Assembly (NCBI RefSeq): GCF_021869535.1
Contig: NW_026262734.1
Coordinates: 69,440,001 to 69,504,000 of the forward strand
DNA: 64,000 bases
Direction of reading: 5' to 3'
Source: Mytilus californianus
Lineage: Eukaryota
Below are positions 47,589 to 61,669 of this stretch, piece by piece. The stretch's first letter is position 1. Each line of letters starts with the position of its first letter. A model generated the notes under the pieces. It saw only the letters and a program-made list of their open reading frames with translations, was not told the DNA's origin and did not search any database. Both the position numbers and the translations under genes were made by a program.

Positions 47589-47907
47589 GTATGTAGTTGT
47601 GCATTTTAATACCCATGCAATTCGTGGACGTCGTTTCTGTAAATTCGCACATATCCTTGAAATCAACTTTCTAGTGAACTTGAAAAATAATAATAAGGAG
47701 GGCAGAAACTACAAAAAGAAAACTGCATTTTAAGTTTAATTGACTTAGACCACCATAGATCGATCTCATATGAATATAAACTTCAGCAGTTTTTTTTAAG
47801 TTTTCTGTATAAAAATCCTATGTCGAAATTATTTCTATTTTCAATATTAAAGCGATAAGTCTCCGGCGTTTCTTAGCTTTATATACCTTTATTTTAGACA
47901 CAATTGT

Positions 47908-48026
47908 GTCTACGACCATATCACGCTGAAAACACCGGTTCTCGTCCGATCACCGAAGTTAAGCAGCGTCGAGCTCGGTTAGTACTTGGATGGGTGACCG
48001 CCTGGGAATACCGGGTGTTGTAGACA
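47908..48026 (+). rRNA. 5S rRNA
   Basis: Array copy. Confidence 0.98.
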
Positions 48027-48498
48027 TTCCTTTTTGTAATTATTTAGTCTGTTCATATCTTCTTTCTCCTAAACTTGTCATCCATTTTTTTCTATTTTTT
48101 TCTTCGTATTATCTTGTCCTTGTTCGTTTCCCTTGATGAAAACTGTTTTAAAAAGGGCGACAGACGAATTCCTAAGTCACTACAGTTCTTATAACAACTA
48201 TACCGGTAGATTTATCAAATTAGAAAAAAACACGAATTGTTTATAATCGTTGCGCTTTGACTGCAATATGAGTTAAAAAAGGATGTACGTCCTCTCCATT
48301 GTCGAATATTGTCATAGCGACGTTATGCGAAATCGAGAACACAGAAAGCTCGTGGCTGGTTTGGTAAGTCTTTAGAACGTGAGCACAAAACTAATTTCAA
48401 ATGCTGTTATGTAGCTACAATAACAGCTTTTTTTTCAACGAATCTTTGAGAAAAAGTGCGATTGGGCAGAATATGTTGTAAGGCTAGTAAAAATTGTC

Positions 48499-48571
48499 TA
48501 CCTCCGACGGGACTCGAACCCGCAATCCCCGGCTTAGGAGGCCGGTGCCTTATCCATTGGGCCACGGAGGC
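48499..48571 (-). tRNA. tRNA-Arg(CCT)
   Basis: Array copy. Confidence 0.97.
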
Positions 48572-48890
48572 GTATGTAGTTGTGCATTTTAATACCCATG
48601 CAATTCGTGGACGTCGTTTCTGTAAATTCGCACATATCCTTGAAATCAACTTTCTAGTGAACTTGAAAAATAATAATAAGGAGGGCAGAAACTACAAAAA
48701 GAAAACTGCATTTTAAGTTTAATTGACTTAGACCACCATAGATCGATCTCATATGAATATAAACTTCAGCAGTTTTTTTTAAGTTTTCTGTATAAAAATC
48801 CTATGTCGAAATTATTTCTATTTTCAATATTAAAGCGATAAGTCTCCGGCGTTTCTTAGCTTTATATACCTTTATTTTAGACACAATTGT

Positions 48891-49009
48891 GTCTACGACC
48901 ATATCACGCTGAAAACACCGGTTCTCGTCCGATCACCGAAGTTAAGCAGCGTCGAGCTCGGTTAGTACTTGGATGGGTGACCGCCTGGGAATACCGGGTG
49001 TTGTAGACA
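48891..49009 (+). rRNA. 5S rRNA
   Basis: Array copy. Confidence 0.98.
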
Positions 49010-49481
49010 TTCCTTTTTGTAATTATTTAGTCTGTTCATATCTTCTTTCTCCTAAACTTGTCATCCATTTTTTTCTATTTTTTTCTTCGTATTATCTTGT
49101 CCTTGTTCGTTTCCCTTGATGAAAACTGTTTTAAAAAGGGCGACAGACGAATTCCTAAGTCACTACAGTTCTTATAACAACTATACCGGTAGATTTATCA
49201 AATTAGAAAAAAACACGAATTGTTTATAATCGTTGCGCTTTGACTGCAATATGAGTTAAAAAAGGATGTACGTCCTCTCCATTGTCGAATATTGTCATAG
49301 CGACGTTATGCGAAATCGAGAACACAGAAAGCTCGTGGCTGGTTTGGTAAGTCTTTAGAACGTGAGCACAAAACTAATTTCAAATGCTGTTATGTAGCTA
49401 CAATAACAGCTTTTTTTTCAACGAATCTTTGAGAAAAAGTGCGATTGGGCAGAATATGTTGTAAGGCTAGTAAAAATTGTC

Positions 49482-49554
49482 TACCTCCGACGGGACTCGA
49501 ACCCGCAATCCCCGGCTTAGGAGGCCGGTGCCTTATCCATTGGGCCACGGAGGC
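49482..49554 (-). tRNA. tRNA-Arg(CCT)
   Basis: Array copy. Confidence 0.97.
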
Positions 49555-49873
49555 GTATGTAGTTGTGCATTTTAATACCCATGCAATTCGTGGACGTCGT
49601 TTCTGTAAATTCGCACATATCCTTGAAATCAACTTTCTAGTGAACTTGAAAAATAATAATAAGGAGGGCAGAAACTACAAAAAGAAAACTGCATTTTAAG
49701 TTTAATTGACTTAGACCACCATAGATCGATCTCATATGAATATAAACTTCAGCAGTTTTTTTTAAGTTTTCTGTATAAAAATCCTATGTCGAAATTATTT
49801 CTATTTTCAATATTAAAGCGATAAGTCTCCGGCGTTTCTTAGCTTTATATACCTTTATTTTAGACACAATTGT

Positions 49874-49992
49874 GTCTACGACCATATCACGCTGAAAACA
49901 CCGGTTCTCGTCCGATCACCGAAGTTAAGCAGCGTCGAGCTCGGTTAGTACTTGGATGGGTGACCGCCTGGGAATACCGGGTGTTGTAGACA
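49874..49992 (+). rRNA. 5S rRNA
   Basis: Array copy. Confidence 0.98.
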
Positions 49993-50464
49993 TTCCTTTT
50001 TGTAATTATTTAGTCTGTTCATATCTTCTTTCTCCTAAACTTGTCATCCATTTTTTTCTATTTTTTTCTTCGTATTATCTTGTCCTTGTTCGTTTCCCTT
50101 GATGAAAACTGTTTTAAAAAGGGCGACAGACGAATTCCTAAGTCACTACAGTTCTTATAACAACTATACCGGTAGATTTATCAAATTAGAAAAAAACACG
50201 AATTGTTTATAATCGTTGCGCTTTGACTGCAATATGAGTTAAAAAAGGATGTACGTCCTCTCCATTGTCGAATATTGTCATAGCGACGTTATGCGAAATC
50301 GAGAACACAGAAAGCTCGTGGCTGGTTTGGTAAGTCTTTAGAACGTGAGCACAAAACTAATTTCAAATGCTGTTATGTAGCTACAATAACAGCTTTTTTT
50401 TCAACGAATCTTTGAGAAAAAGTGCGATTGGGCAGAATATGTTGTAAGGCTAGTAAAAATTGTC

Positions 50465-50537
50465 TACCTCCGACGGGACTCGAACCCGCAATCCCCGGCT
50501 TAGGAGGCCGGTGCCTTATCCATTGGGCCACGGAGGC
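50465..50537 (-). tRNA. tRNA-Arg(CCT)
   Basis: Array copy. Confidence 0.97.
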
Positions 50538-50856
50538 GTATGTAGTTGTGCATTTTAATACCCATGCAATTCGTGGACGTCGTTTCTGTAAATTCGCACA
50601 TATCCTTGAAATCAACTTTCTAGTGAACTTGAAAAATAATAATAAGGAGGGCAGAAACTACAAAAAGAAAACTGCATTTTAAGTTTAATTGACTTAGACC
50701 ACCATAGATCGATCTCATATGAATATAAACTTCAGCAGTTTTTTTTAAGTTTTCTGTATAAAAATCCTATGTCGAAATTATTTCTATTTTCAATATTAAA
50801 GCGATAAGTCTCCGGCGTTTCTTAGCTTTATATACCTTTATTTTAGACACAATTGT

Positions 50857-50975
50857 GTCTACGACCATATCACGCTGAAAACACCGGTTCTCGTCCGATC
50901 ACCGAAGTTAAGCAGCGTCGAGCTCGGTTAGTACTTGGATGGGTGACCGCCTGGGAATACCGGGTGTTGTAGACA
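50857..50975 (+). rRNA. 5S rRNA
   Basis: Array copy. Confidence 0.98.
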
Positions 50976-51447
50976 TTCCTTTTTGTAATTATTTAGTCTG
51001 TTCATATCTTCTTTCTCCTAAACTTGTCATCCATTTTTTTCTATTTTTTTCTTCGTATTATCTTGTCCTTGTTCGTTTCCCTTGATGAAAACTGTTTTAA
51101 AAAGGGCGACAGACGAATTCCTAAGTCACTACAGTTCTTATAACAACTATACCGGTAGATTTATCAAATTAGAAAAAAACACGAATTGTTTATAATCGTT
51201 GCGCTTTGACTGCAATATGAGTTAAAAAAGGATGTACGTCCTCTCCATTGTCGAATATTGTCATAGCGACGTTATGCGAAATCGAGAACACAGAAAGCTC
51301 GTGGCTGGTTTGGTAAGTCTTTAGAACGTGAGCACAAAACTAATTTCAAATGCTGTTATGTAGCTACAATAACAGCTTTTTTTTCAACGAATCTTTGAGA
51401 AAAAGTGCGATTGGGCAGAATATGTTGTAAGGCTAGTAAAAATTGTC

Positions 51448-51520
51448 TACCTCCGACGGGACTCGAACCCGCAATCCCCGGCTTAGGAGGCCGGTGCCTT
51501 ATCCATTGGGCCACGGAGGC
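51448..51520 (-). tRNA. tRNA-Arg(CCT)
   Basis: Array copy. Confidence 0.97.
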
Positions 51521-51839
51521 GTATGTAGTTGTGCATTTTAATACCCATGCAATTCGTGGACGTCGTTTCTGTAAATTCGCACATATCCTTGAAATCAACT
51601 TTCTAGTGAACTTGAAAAATAATAATAAGGAGGGCAGAAACTACAAAAAGAAAACTGCATTTTAAGTTTAATTGACTTAGACCACCATAGATCGATCTCA
51701 TATGAATATAAACTTCAGCAGTTTTTTTTAAGTTTTCTGTATAAAAATCCTATGTCGAAATTATTTCTATTTTCAATATTAAAGCGATAAGTCTCCGGCG
51801 TTTCTTAGCTTTATATACCTTTATTTTAGACACAATTGT

Positions 51840-51958
51840 GTCTACGACCATATCACGCTGAAAACACCGGTTCTCGTCCGATCACCGAAGTTAAGCAGCG
51901 TCGAGCTCGGTTAGTACTTGGATGGGTGACCGCCTGGGAATACCGGGTGTTGTAGACA
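51840..51958 (+). rRNA. 5S rRNA
   Basis: Array copy. Confidence 0.98.
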
Positions 51959-52430
51959 TTCCTTTTTGTAATTATTTAGTCTGTTCATATCTTCTTTCTC
52001 CTAAACTTGTCATCCATTTTTTTCTATTTTTTTCTTCGTATTATCTTGTCCTTGTTCGTTTCCCTTGATGAAAACTGTTTTAAAAAGGGCGACAGACGAA
52101 TTCCTAAGTCACTACAGTTCTTATAACAACTATACCGGTAGATTTATCAAATTAGAAAAAAACACGAATTGTTTATAATCGTTGCGCTTTGACTGCAATA
52201 TGAGTTAAAAAAGGATGTACGTCCTCTCCATTGTCGAATATTGTCATAGCGACGTTATGCGAAATCGAGAACACAGAAAGCTCGTGGCTGGTTTGGTAAG
52301 TCTTTAGAACGTGAGCACAAAACTAATTTCAAATGCTGTTATGTAGCTACAATAACAGCTTTTTTTTCAACGAATCTTTGAGAAAAAGTGCGATTGGGCA
52401 GAATATGTTGTAAGGCTAGTAAAAATTGTC

Positions 52431-52503
52431 TACCTCCGACGGGACTCGAACCCGCAATCCCCGGCTTAGGAGGCCGGTGCCTTATCCATTGGGCCACGGA
52501 GGC
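52431..52503 (-). tRNA. tRNA-Arg(CCT)
   Basis: Array copy. Confidence 0.97.
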
Positions 52504-52822
52504 GTATGTAGTTGTGCATTTTAATACCCATGCAATTCGTGGACGTCGTTTCTGTAAATTCGCACATATCCTTGAAATCAACTTTCTAGTGAACTTGAAA
52601 AATAATAATAAGGAGGGCAGAAACTACAAAAAGAAAACTGCATTTTAAGTTTAATTGACTTAGACCACCATAGATCGATCTCATATGAATATAAACTTCA
52701 GCAGTTTTTTTTAAGTTTTCTGTATAAAAATCCTATGTCGAAATTATTTCTATTTTCAATATTAAAGCGATAAGTCTCCGGCGTTTCTTAGCTTTATATA
52801 CCTTTATTTTAGACACAATTGT

Positions 52823-52941
52823 GTCTACGACCATATCACGCTGAAAACACCGGTTCTCGTCCGATCACCGAAGTTAAGCAGCGTCGAGCTCGGTTAGTAC
52901 TTGGATGGGTGACCGCCTGGGAATACCGGGTGTTGTAGACA
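52823..52941 (+). rRNA. 5S rRNA
   Basis: Array copy. Confidence 0.98.
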
Positions 52942-53413
52942 TTCCTTTTTGTAATTATTTAGTCTGTTCATATCTTCTTTCTCCTAAACTTGTCATCCAT
53001 TTTTTTCTATTTTTTTCTTCGTATTATCTTGTCCTTGTTCGTTTCCCTTGATGAAAACTGTTTTAAAAAGGGCGACAGACGAATTCCTAAGTCACTACAG
53101 TTCTTATAACAACTATACCGGTAGATTTATCAAATTAGAAAAAAACACGAATTGTTTATAATCGTTGCGCTTTGACTGCAATATGAGTTAAAAAAGGATG
53201 TACGTCCTCTCCATTGTCGAATATTGTCATAGCGACGTTATGCGAAATCGAGAACACAGAAAGCTCGTGGCTGGTTTGGTAAGTCTTTAGAACGTGAGCA
53301 CAAAACTAATTTCAAATGCTGTTATGTAGCTACAATAACAGCTTTTTTTTCAACGAATCTTTGAGAAAAAGTGCGATTGGGCAGAATATGTTGTAAGGCT
53401 AGTAAAAATTGTC

Positions 53414-53486
53414 TACCTCCGACGGGACTCGAACCCGCAATCCCCGGCTTAGGAGGCCGGTGCCTTATCCATTGGGCCACGGAGGC
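53414..53486 (-). tRNA. tRNA-Arg(CCT)
   Basis: Array copy. Confidence 0.97.
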
Positions 53487-53805
53487 GTATGTAGTTGTGC
53501 ATTTTAATACCCATGCAATTCGTGGACGTCGTTTCTGTAAATTCGCACATATCCTTGAAATCAACTTTCTAGTGAACTTGAAAAATAATAATAAGGAGGG
53601 CAGAAACTACAAAAAGAAAACTGCATTTTAAGTTTAATTGACTAAGACCACCATAGATCGATCTCATATGAATATAAACTTCAGCAGTTTTTTTTAAGTT
53701 TTCTGTATAAAAATCCTATGTCGAAATTATTTCTATTTTCAATATTAAAGCGATAAGTCTCCGGCGTTTCTTAGCTTTATATACCTTTATTTTAGACACA
53801 ATTGT

Positions 53806-53924
53806 GTCTACGACCATATCACGCTGAAAACACCGGTTCTCGTCCGATCACCGAAGTTAAGCAGCGTCGAGCTCGGTTAGTACTTGGATGGGTGACCGCC
53901 TGGGAATACCGGGTGTTGTAGACA
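53806..53924 (+). rRNA. 5S rRNA
   Basis: Array copy. Confidence 0.98.
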
Positions 53925-54396
53925 TTCCTTTTTGTAATTATTTAGTCTGTTCATATCTTCTTTCTCCTAAACTTGTCATCCATTTTTTTCTATTTTTTTC
54001 TTCGTATTATCTTGTCCTTGTTCGTTTCCCTTGATGAAAACTGTTTTAAAAAGGGCGACAGACGAATTCCTAAGTCACTACAGTTCTTATAACAACTATA
54101 CCGGTAGATTTATCAAATTAGAAAAAAACACGAATTGTTTATAATCGTTGCGCTTTGACTGCAATATGAGTTAAAAAAGGATGTACGTCCTCTCCATTGT
54201 CGAATATTGTCATAGCGACGTTATGCGAAATCGAGAACACAGAAAGCTCGTGGCTGGTTTGGTAAGTCTTTAGAACGTGAGCACAAAACTAATTTCAAAT
54301 GCTGTTATGTAGCTACAATAACAGCTTTTTTTTCAACGAATCTTTGAGAAAAAGTGCGATTGGGCAGAATATGTTGTAAGGCTAGTAAAAATTGTC

Positions 54397-54469
54397 TACC
54401 TCCGACGGGACTCGAACCCGCAATCCCCGGCTTAGGAGGCCGGTGCCTTATCCATTGGGCCACGGAGGC
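54397..54469 (-). tRNA. tRNA-Arg(CCT)
   Basis: Array copy. Confidence 0.97.
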
Positions 54470-54788
54470 GTATGTAGTTGTGCATTTTAATACCCATGCA
54501 ATTCGTGGACGTCGTTTCTGTAAATTCGCACATATCCTTGAAATCAACTTTCTAGTGAACTTGAAAAATAATAATAAGGAGGGCAGAAACTACAAAAAGA
54601 AAACTGCATTTTAAGTTTAATTGACTTAGACCACCATAGATCGATCTCATATGAATATAAACTTCAGCAGTTTTTTTTAAGTTTTCTGTATAAAAATCCT
54701 ATGTCGAAATTATTTCTATTTTCAATATTAAAGCGATAAGTCTCCGGCGTTTCTTAGCTTTATATACCTTTATTTTAGACACAATTGT

Positions 54789-54907
54789 GTCTACGACCAT
54801 ATCACGCTGAAAACACCGGTTCTCGTCCGATCACCGAAGTTAAGCAGCGTCGAGCTCGGTTAGTACTTGGATGGGTGACCGCCTGGGAATACCGGGTGTT
54901 GTAGACA
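54789..54907 (+). rRNA. 5S rRNA
   Basis: Array copy. Confidence 0.98.
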
Positions 54908-55379
54908 TTCCTTTTTGTAATTATTTAGTCTGTTCATATCTTCTTTCTCCTAAACTTGTCATCCATTTTTTTCTATTTTTTTCTTCGTATTATCTTGTCC
55001 TTGTTCGTTTCCCTTGATGAAAACTGTTTTAAAAAGGGCGACAGACGAATTCCTAAGTCACTACAGTTCTTATAACAACTATACCGGTAGATTTATCAAA
55101 TTAGAAAAAAACACGAATTGTTTATAATCGTTGCGCTTTGACTGCAATATGAGTTAAAAAAGGATGTACGTCCTCTCCATTGTCGAATATTGTCATAGCG
55201 ACGTTATGCGAAATCGAGAACACAGAAAGCTCGTGGCTGGTTTGGTAAGTCTTTAGAACGTGAGCACAAAACTAATTTCAAATGCTGTTATGTAGCTACA
55301 ATAACAGCTTTTTTTTCAACGAATCTTTGAGAAAAAGTGCGATTGGGCAGAATATGTTGTAAGGCTAGTAAAAATTGTC

Positions 55380-55452
55380 TACCTCCGACGGGACTCGAAC
55401 CCGCAATCCCCGGCTTAGGAGGCCGGTGCCTTATCCATTGGGCCACGGAGGC
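55380..55452 (-). tRNA. tRNA-Arg(CCT)
   Basis: Array copy. Confidence 0.97.
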
Positions 55453-55771
55453 GTATGTAGTTGTGCATTTTAATACCCATGCAATTCGTGGACGTCGTTT
55501 CTGTAAATTCGCACATATCCTTGAAATCAACTTTCTAGTGAACTTGAAAAATAATAATAAGGAGGGCAGAAACTACAAAAAGAAAACTGCATTTTAAGTT
55601 TAATTGACTTAGACCACCATAGATCGATCTCATATGAATATAAACTTCAGCAGTTTTTTTTAAGTTTTCTGTATAAAAATCCTATGTCGAAATTATTTCT
55701 ATTTTCAATATTAAAGCGATAAGTCTCCGGCGTTTCTTAGCTTTATATACCTTTATTTTAGACACAATTGT

Positions 55772-55890
55772 GTCTACGACCATATCACGCTGAAAACACC
55801 GGTTCTCGTCCGATCACCGAAGTTAAGCAGCGTCGAGCTCGGTTAGTACTTGGATGGGTGACCGCCTGGGAATACCGGGTGTTGTAGACA
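55772..55890 (+). rRNA. 5S rRNA
   Basis: Array copy. Confidence 0.98.
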
Positions 55891-56362
55891 TTCCTTTTTG
55901 TAATTATTTAGTCTGTTCATATCTTCTTTCTCCTAAACTTGTCATCCATTTTTTTCTATTTTTTTCTTCGTATTATCTTGTCCTTGTTCGTTTCCCTTGA
56001 TGAAAACTGTTTTAAAAAGGGCGACAGACGAATTCCTAAGTCACTACAGTTCTTATAACAACTATACCGGTAGATTTATCAAATTAGAAAAAAACACGAA
56101 TTGTTTATAATCGTTGCGCTTTGACTGCAATATGAGTTAAAAAAGGATGTACGTCCTCTCCATTGTCGAATATTGTCATAGCGACGTTATGCGAAATCGA
56201 GAACACAGAAAGCTCGTGGCTGGTTTGGTAAGTCTTTAGAACGTGAGCACAAAACTAATTTCAAATGCTGTTATGTAGCTACAATAACAGCTTTTTTTTC
56301 AACGAATCTTTGAGAAAAAGTGCGATTGGGCAGAATATGTTGTAAGGCTAGTAAAAATTGTC

Positions 56363-56435
56363 TACCTCCGACGGGACTCGAACCCGCAATCCCCGGCTTA
56401 GGAGGCCGGTGCCTTATCCATTGGGCCACGGAGGC
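56363..56435 (-). tRNA. tRNA-Arg(CCT)
   Basis: Array copy. Confidence 0.97.
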
Positions 56436-56754
56436 GTATGTAGTTGTGCATTTTAATACCCATGCAATTCGTGGACGTCGTTTCTGTAAATTCGCACATA
56501 TCCTTGAAATCAACTTTCTAGTGAACTTGAAAAATAATAATAAGGAGGGCAGAAACTACAAAAAGAAAACTGCATTTTAAGTTTAATTGACTTAGACCAC
56601 CATAGATCGATCTCATATGAATATAAACTTCAGCAGTTTTTTTTAAGTTTTCTGTATAAAAATCCTATGTCGAAATTATTTCTATTTTCAATATTAAAGC
56701 GATAAGTCTCCGGCGTTTCTTAGCTTTATATACCTTTATTTTAGACACAATTGT

Positions 56755-56873
56755 GTCTACGACCATATCACGCTGAAAACACCGGTTCTCGTCCGATCAC
56801 CGAAGTTAAGCAGCGTCGAGCTCGGTTAGTACTTGGATGGGTGACCGCCTGGGAATACCGGGTGTTGTAGACA
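56755..56873 (+). rRNA. 5S rRNA
   Basis: Array copy. Confidence 0.98.
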
Positions 56874-57345
56874 TTCCTTTTTGTAATTATTTAGTCTGTT
56901 CATATCTTCTTTCTCCTAAACTTGTCATCCATTTTTTTCTATTTTTTTCTTCGTATTATCTTGTCCTTGTTCGTTTCCCTTGATGAAAACTGTTTTAAAA
57001 AGGGCGACAGACGAATTCCTAAGTCACTACAGTTCTTATAACAACTATACCGGTAGATTTATCAAATTAGAAAAAAACACGAATTGTTTATAATCGTTGC
57101 GCTTTGACTGCAATATGAGTTAAAAAAGGATGTACGTCCTCTCCATTGTCGAATATTGTCATAGCGACGTTATGCGAAATCGAGAACACAGAAAGCTCGT
57201 GGCTGGTTTGGTAAGTCTTTAGAACGTGAGCACAAAACTAATTTCAAATGCTGTTATGTAGCTACAATAACAGCTTTTTTTTCAACGAATCTTTGAGAAA
57301 AAGTGCGATTGGGCAGAATATGTTGTAAGGCTAGTAAAAATTGTC

Positions 57346-57418
57346 TACCTCCGACGGGACTCGAACCCGCAATCCCCGGCTTAGGAGGCCGGTGCCTTAT
57401 CCATTGGGCCACGGAGGC
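57346..57418 (-). tRNA. tRNA-Arg(CCT)
   Basis: Array copy. Confidence 0.97.
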
Positions 57419-57737
57419 GTATGTAGTTGTGCATTTTAATACCCATGCAATTCGTGGACGTCGTTTCTGTAAATTCGCACATATCCTTGAAATCAACTTT
57501 CTAGTGAACTTGAAAAATAATAATAAGGAGGGCAGAAACTACAAAAAGAAAACTGCATTTTAAGTTTAATTGACTTAGACCACCATAGATCGATCTCATA
57601 TGAATATAAACTTCAGCAGTTTTTTTTAAGTTTTCTGTATAAAAATCCTATGTCGAAATTATTTCTATTTTCAATATTAAAGCGATAAGTCTCCGGCGTT
57701 TCTTAGCTTTATATACCTTTATTTTAGACACAATTGT

Positions 57738-57856
57738 GTCTACGACCATATCACGCTGAAAACACCGGTTCTCGTCCGATCACCGAAGTTAAGCAGCGTC
57801 GAGCTCGGTTAGTACTTGGATGGGTGACCGCCTGGGAATACCGGGTGTTGTAGACA
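57738..57856 (+). rRNA. 5S rRNA
   Basis: Array copy. Confidence 0.98.
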
Positions 57857-58328
57857 TTCCTTTTTGTAATTATTTAGTCTGTTCATATCTTCTTTCTCCT
57901 AAACTTGTCATCCATTTTTTTCTATTTTTTTCTTCGTATTATCTTGTCCTTGTTCGTTTCCCTTGATGAAAACTGTTTTAAAAAGGGTGACAGACGAATT
58001 CCTAAGTCACTACAGTTCTTATAACAACTATACCGGTAGATTTATCAAATTAGAAAAAAACACGAATTGTTTATAATCGTTGCGCTTTGACTGCAATATG
58101 AGTTAAAAAAGGATGTACGTCCTCTCCATTGTCGAATATTGTCATAGCGACGTTATGCGAAATCGAGAACACAGAAAGCTCGTGGCTGGTTTGGTAAGTC
58201 TTTAGAACGTGAGCACAAAACTAATTTCAAATGCTGTTATGTAGCTACAATAACAGCTTTTTTTTCAACGAATCTTTGAGAAAAAGTGCGATTGGGCAGA
58301 ATATGTTGTAAGGCTAGTAAAAATTGTC

Positions 58329-58401
58329 TACCTCCGACGGGACTCGAACCCGCAATCCCCGGCTTAGGAGGCCGGTGCCTTATCCATTGGGCCACGGAGG
58401 C
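58329..58401 (-). tRNA. tRNA-Arg(CCT)
   Basis: Array copy. Confidence 0.97.
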
Positions 58402-58720
58402 GTATGTAGTTGTGCATTTTAATACCCATGCAATTCGTGGACGTCGTTTCTGTAAATTCGCACATATCCTTGAAATCAACTTTCTAGTGAACTTGAAAAA
58501 TAATAATAAGGAGGGCAGAAACTACAAAAAGAAAACTGCATTTTAAGTTTAATTGACTTAGACCACCATAGATCGATCTCATATGAATATAAACTTCAGC
58601 AGTTTTTTTTAAGTTTTCTGTATAAAAATCCTATGTCGAAATTATTTCTATTTTCAATATTAAAGCGATAAGTCTCCGGCGTTTCTTAGCTTTATATACC
58701 TTTATTTTAGACACAATTGT

Positions 58721-58839
58721 GTCTACGACCATATCACGCTGAAAACACCGGTTCTCGTCCGATCACCGAAGTTAAGCAGCGTCGAGCTCGGTTAGTACTT
58801 GGATGGGTGACCGCCTGGGAATACCGGGTGTTGTAGACA
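58721..58839 (+). rRNA. 5S rRNA
   Basis: Array copy. Confidence 0.98.
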
Positions 58840-59311
58840 TTCCTTTTTGTAATTATTTAGTCTGTTCATATCTTCTTTCTCCTAAACTTGTCATCCATTT
58901 TTTTCTATTTTTTTCTTCGTATTATCTTGTCCTTGTTCGTTTCCCTTGATGAAAACTGTTTTAAAAAGGGCGACAGACGAATTCCTAAGTCACTACAGTT
59001 CTTATAACAACTATACCGGTAGATTTATCAAATTAGAAAAAAACACGAATTGTTTATAATCGTTGCGCTTTGACTGCAATATGAGTTAAAAAAGGATGTA
59101 CGTCCTCTCCATTGTCGAATATTGTCATAGCGACGTTATGCGAAATCGAGAACACAGAAAGCTCGTGGCTGGTTTGGTAAGTCTTTAGAACGTGAGCACA
59201 AAACTAATTTCAAATGCTGTTATGTAGCTACAATAACAGCTTTTTTTTCAACGAATCTTTGAGAAAAAGTGCGATTGGGCAGAATATGTTGTAAGGCTAG
59301 TAAAAATTGTC

Positions 59312-59384
59312 TACCTCCGACGGGACTCGAACCCGCAATCCCCGGCTTAGGAGGCCGGTGCCTTATCCATTGGGCCACGGAGGC
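59312..59384 (-). tRNA. tRNA-Arg(CCT)
   Basis: Array copy. Confidence 0.97.
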
Positions 59385-59703
59385 GTATGTAGTTGTGCAT
59401 TTTAATACCCATGCAATTCGTGGACGTCGTTTCTGTAAATTCGCACATATCCTTGAAATCAACTTTCTAGTGAACTTGAAAAATAATAATAAGGAGGGCA
59501 GAAACTACAAAAAGAAAACTGCATTTTAAGTTTAATTGACTTAGACCACCATAGATCGATCTCATATGAATATAAACTTCAGCAGTTTTTTTTAAGTTTT
59601 CTGTATAAAAATCCTATGTCGAAATTATTTCTATTTTCAATATTAAAGCGATAAGTCTCCGGCGTTTCTTAGCTTTATATACCTTTATTTTAGACACAAT
59701 TGT

Positions 59704-59822
59704 GTCTACGACCATATCACGCTGAAAACACCGGTTCTCGTCCGATCACCGAAGTTAAGCAGCGTCGAGCTCGGTTAGTACTTGGATGGGTGACCGCCTG
59801 GGAATACCGGGTGTTGTAGACA
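59704..59822 (+). rRNA. 5S rRNA
   Basis: Array copy. Confidence 0.98.
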
Positions 59823-60294
59823 TTCCTTTTTGTAATTATTTAGTCTGTTCATATCTTCTTTCTCCTAAACTTGTCATCCATTTTTTTCTATTTTTTTCTT
59901 CGTATTATCTTGTCCTTGTTCGTTTCCCTTGATGAAAACTGTTTTAAAAAGGGCGACAGACGAATTCCTAAGTCACTACAGTTCTTATAACAACTATACC
60001 GGTAGATTTATCAAATTAGAAAAAAACACGAATTGTTTATAATCGTTGCGCTTTGACTGCAATATGAGTTAAAAAAGGATGTACGTCCTCTCCATTGTCG
60101 AATATTGTCATAGCGACGTTATGCGAAATCGAGAACACAGAAAGCTCGTGGCTGGTTTGGTAAGTCTTTAGAACGTGAGCACAAAACTAATTTCAAATGC
60201 TGTTATGTAGCTACAATAACAGCTTTTTTTTCAACGAATCTTTGAGAAAAAGTGCGATTGGGCAGAATATGTTGTAAGGCTAGTAAAAATTGTC

Positions 60295-60367
60295 TACCTC
60301 CGACGGGACTCGAACCCGCAATCCCCGGCTTAGGAGGCCGGTGCCTTATCCATTGGGCCACGGAGGC
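60295..60367 (-). tRNA. tRNA-Arg(CCT)
   Basis: Array copy. Confidence 0.97.
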
Positions 60368-60686
60368 GTATGTAGTTGTGCATTTTAATACCCATGCAAT
60401 TCGTGGACGTCGTTTCTGTAAATTCGCACATATCCTTGAAATCAACTTTCTAGTGAACTTGAAAAATAATAATAAGGAGGGCAGAAACTACAAAAAGAAA
60501 ACTGCATTTTAAGTTTAATTGACTTAGACCACCATAGATCGATCTCATATGAATATAAACTTCAGCAGTTTTTTTTAAGTTTTCTGTATAAAAATCCTAT
60601 GTCGAAATTATTTCTATTTTCAATATTAAAGCGATAAGTCTCCGGCGTTTCTTAGCTTTATATACCTTTATTTTAGACACAATTGT

Positions 60687-60805
60687 GTCTACGACCATAT
60701 CACGCTGAAAACACCGGTTCTCGTCCGATCACCGAAGTTAAGCAGCGTCGAGCTCGGTTAGTACTTGGATGGGTGACCGCCTGGGAATACCGGGTGTTGT
60801 AGACA
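60687..60805 (+). rRNA. 5S rRNA
   Basis: Array copy. Confidence 0.98.
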
Positions 60806-61277
60806 TTCCTTTTTGTAATTATTTAGTCTGTTCATATCTTCTTTCTCCTAAACTTGTCATCCATTTTTTTCTATTTTTTTCTTCGTATTATCTTGTCCTT
60901 GTTCGTTTCCCTTGATGAAAACTGTTTTAAAAAGGGCGACAGACGAATTCCTAAGTCACTACAGTTCTTATAACAACTATACCGGTAGATTTATCAAATT
61001 AGAAAAAAACACGAATTGTTTATAATCGTTGCGCTTTGACTGCAATATGAGTTAAAAAAGGATGTACGTCCTCTCCATTGTCGAATATTGTCATAGCGAC
61101 GTTATGCGAAATCGAGAACACAGAAAGCTCGTGGCTGGTTTGGTAAGTCTTTAGAACGTGAGCACAAAACTAATTTCAAATGCTGTTATGTAGCTACAAT
61201 AACAGCTTTTTTTTCAACGAATCTTTGAGAAAAAGTGCGATTGGGCAGAATATGTTGTAAGGCTAGTAAAAATTGTC

Positions 61278-61350
61278 TACCTCCGACGGGACTCGAACCC
61301 GCAATCCCCGGCTTAGGAGGCCGGTGCCTTATCCATTGGGCCACGGAGGC
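61278..61350 (-). tRNA. tRNA-Arg(CCT)
   Basis: Array copy. Confidence 0.97.
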
Positions 61351-61669
61351 GTATGTAGTTGTGCATTTTAATACCCATGCAATTCGTGGACGTCGTTTCT
61401 GTAAATTCGCACATATCCTTGAAATCAACTTTCTAGTGAACTTGAAAAATAATAATAAGGAGGGCAGAAACTACAAAAAGAAAACTGCATTTTAAGTTTA
61501 ATTGACTTAGACCACCATAGATCGATCTCATATGAATATAAACTTCAGCAGTTTTTTTTAAGTTTTCTGTATAAAAATCCTATGTCGAAATTATTTCTAT
61601 TTTCAATATTAAAGCGATAAGTCTCCGGCGTTTCTTAGCTTTATATACCTTTATTTTAGACACAATTGT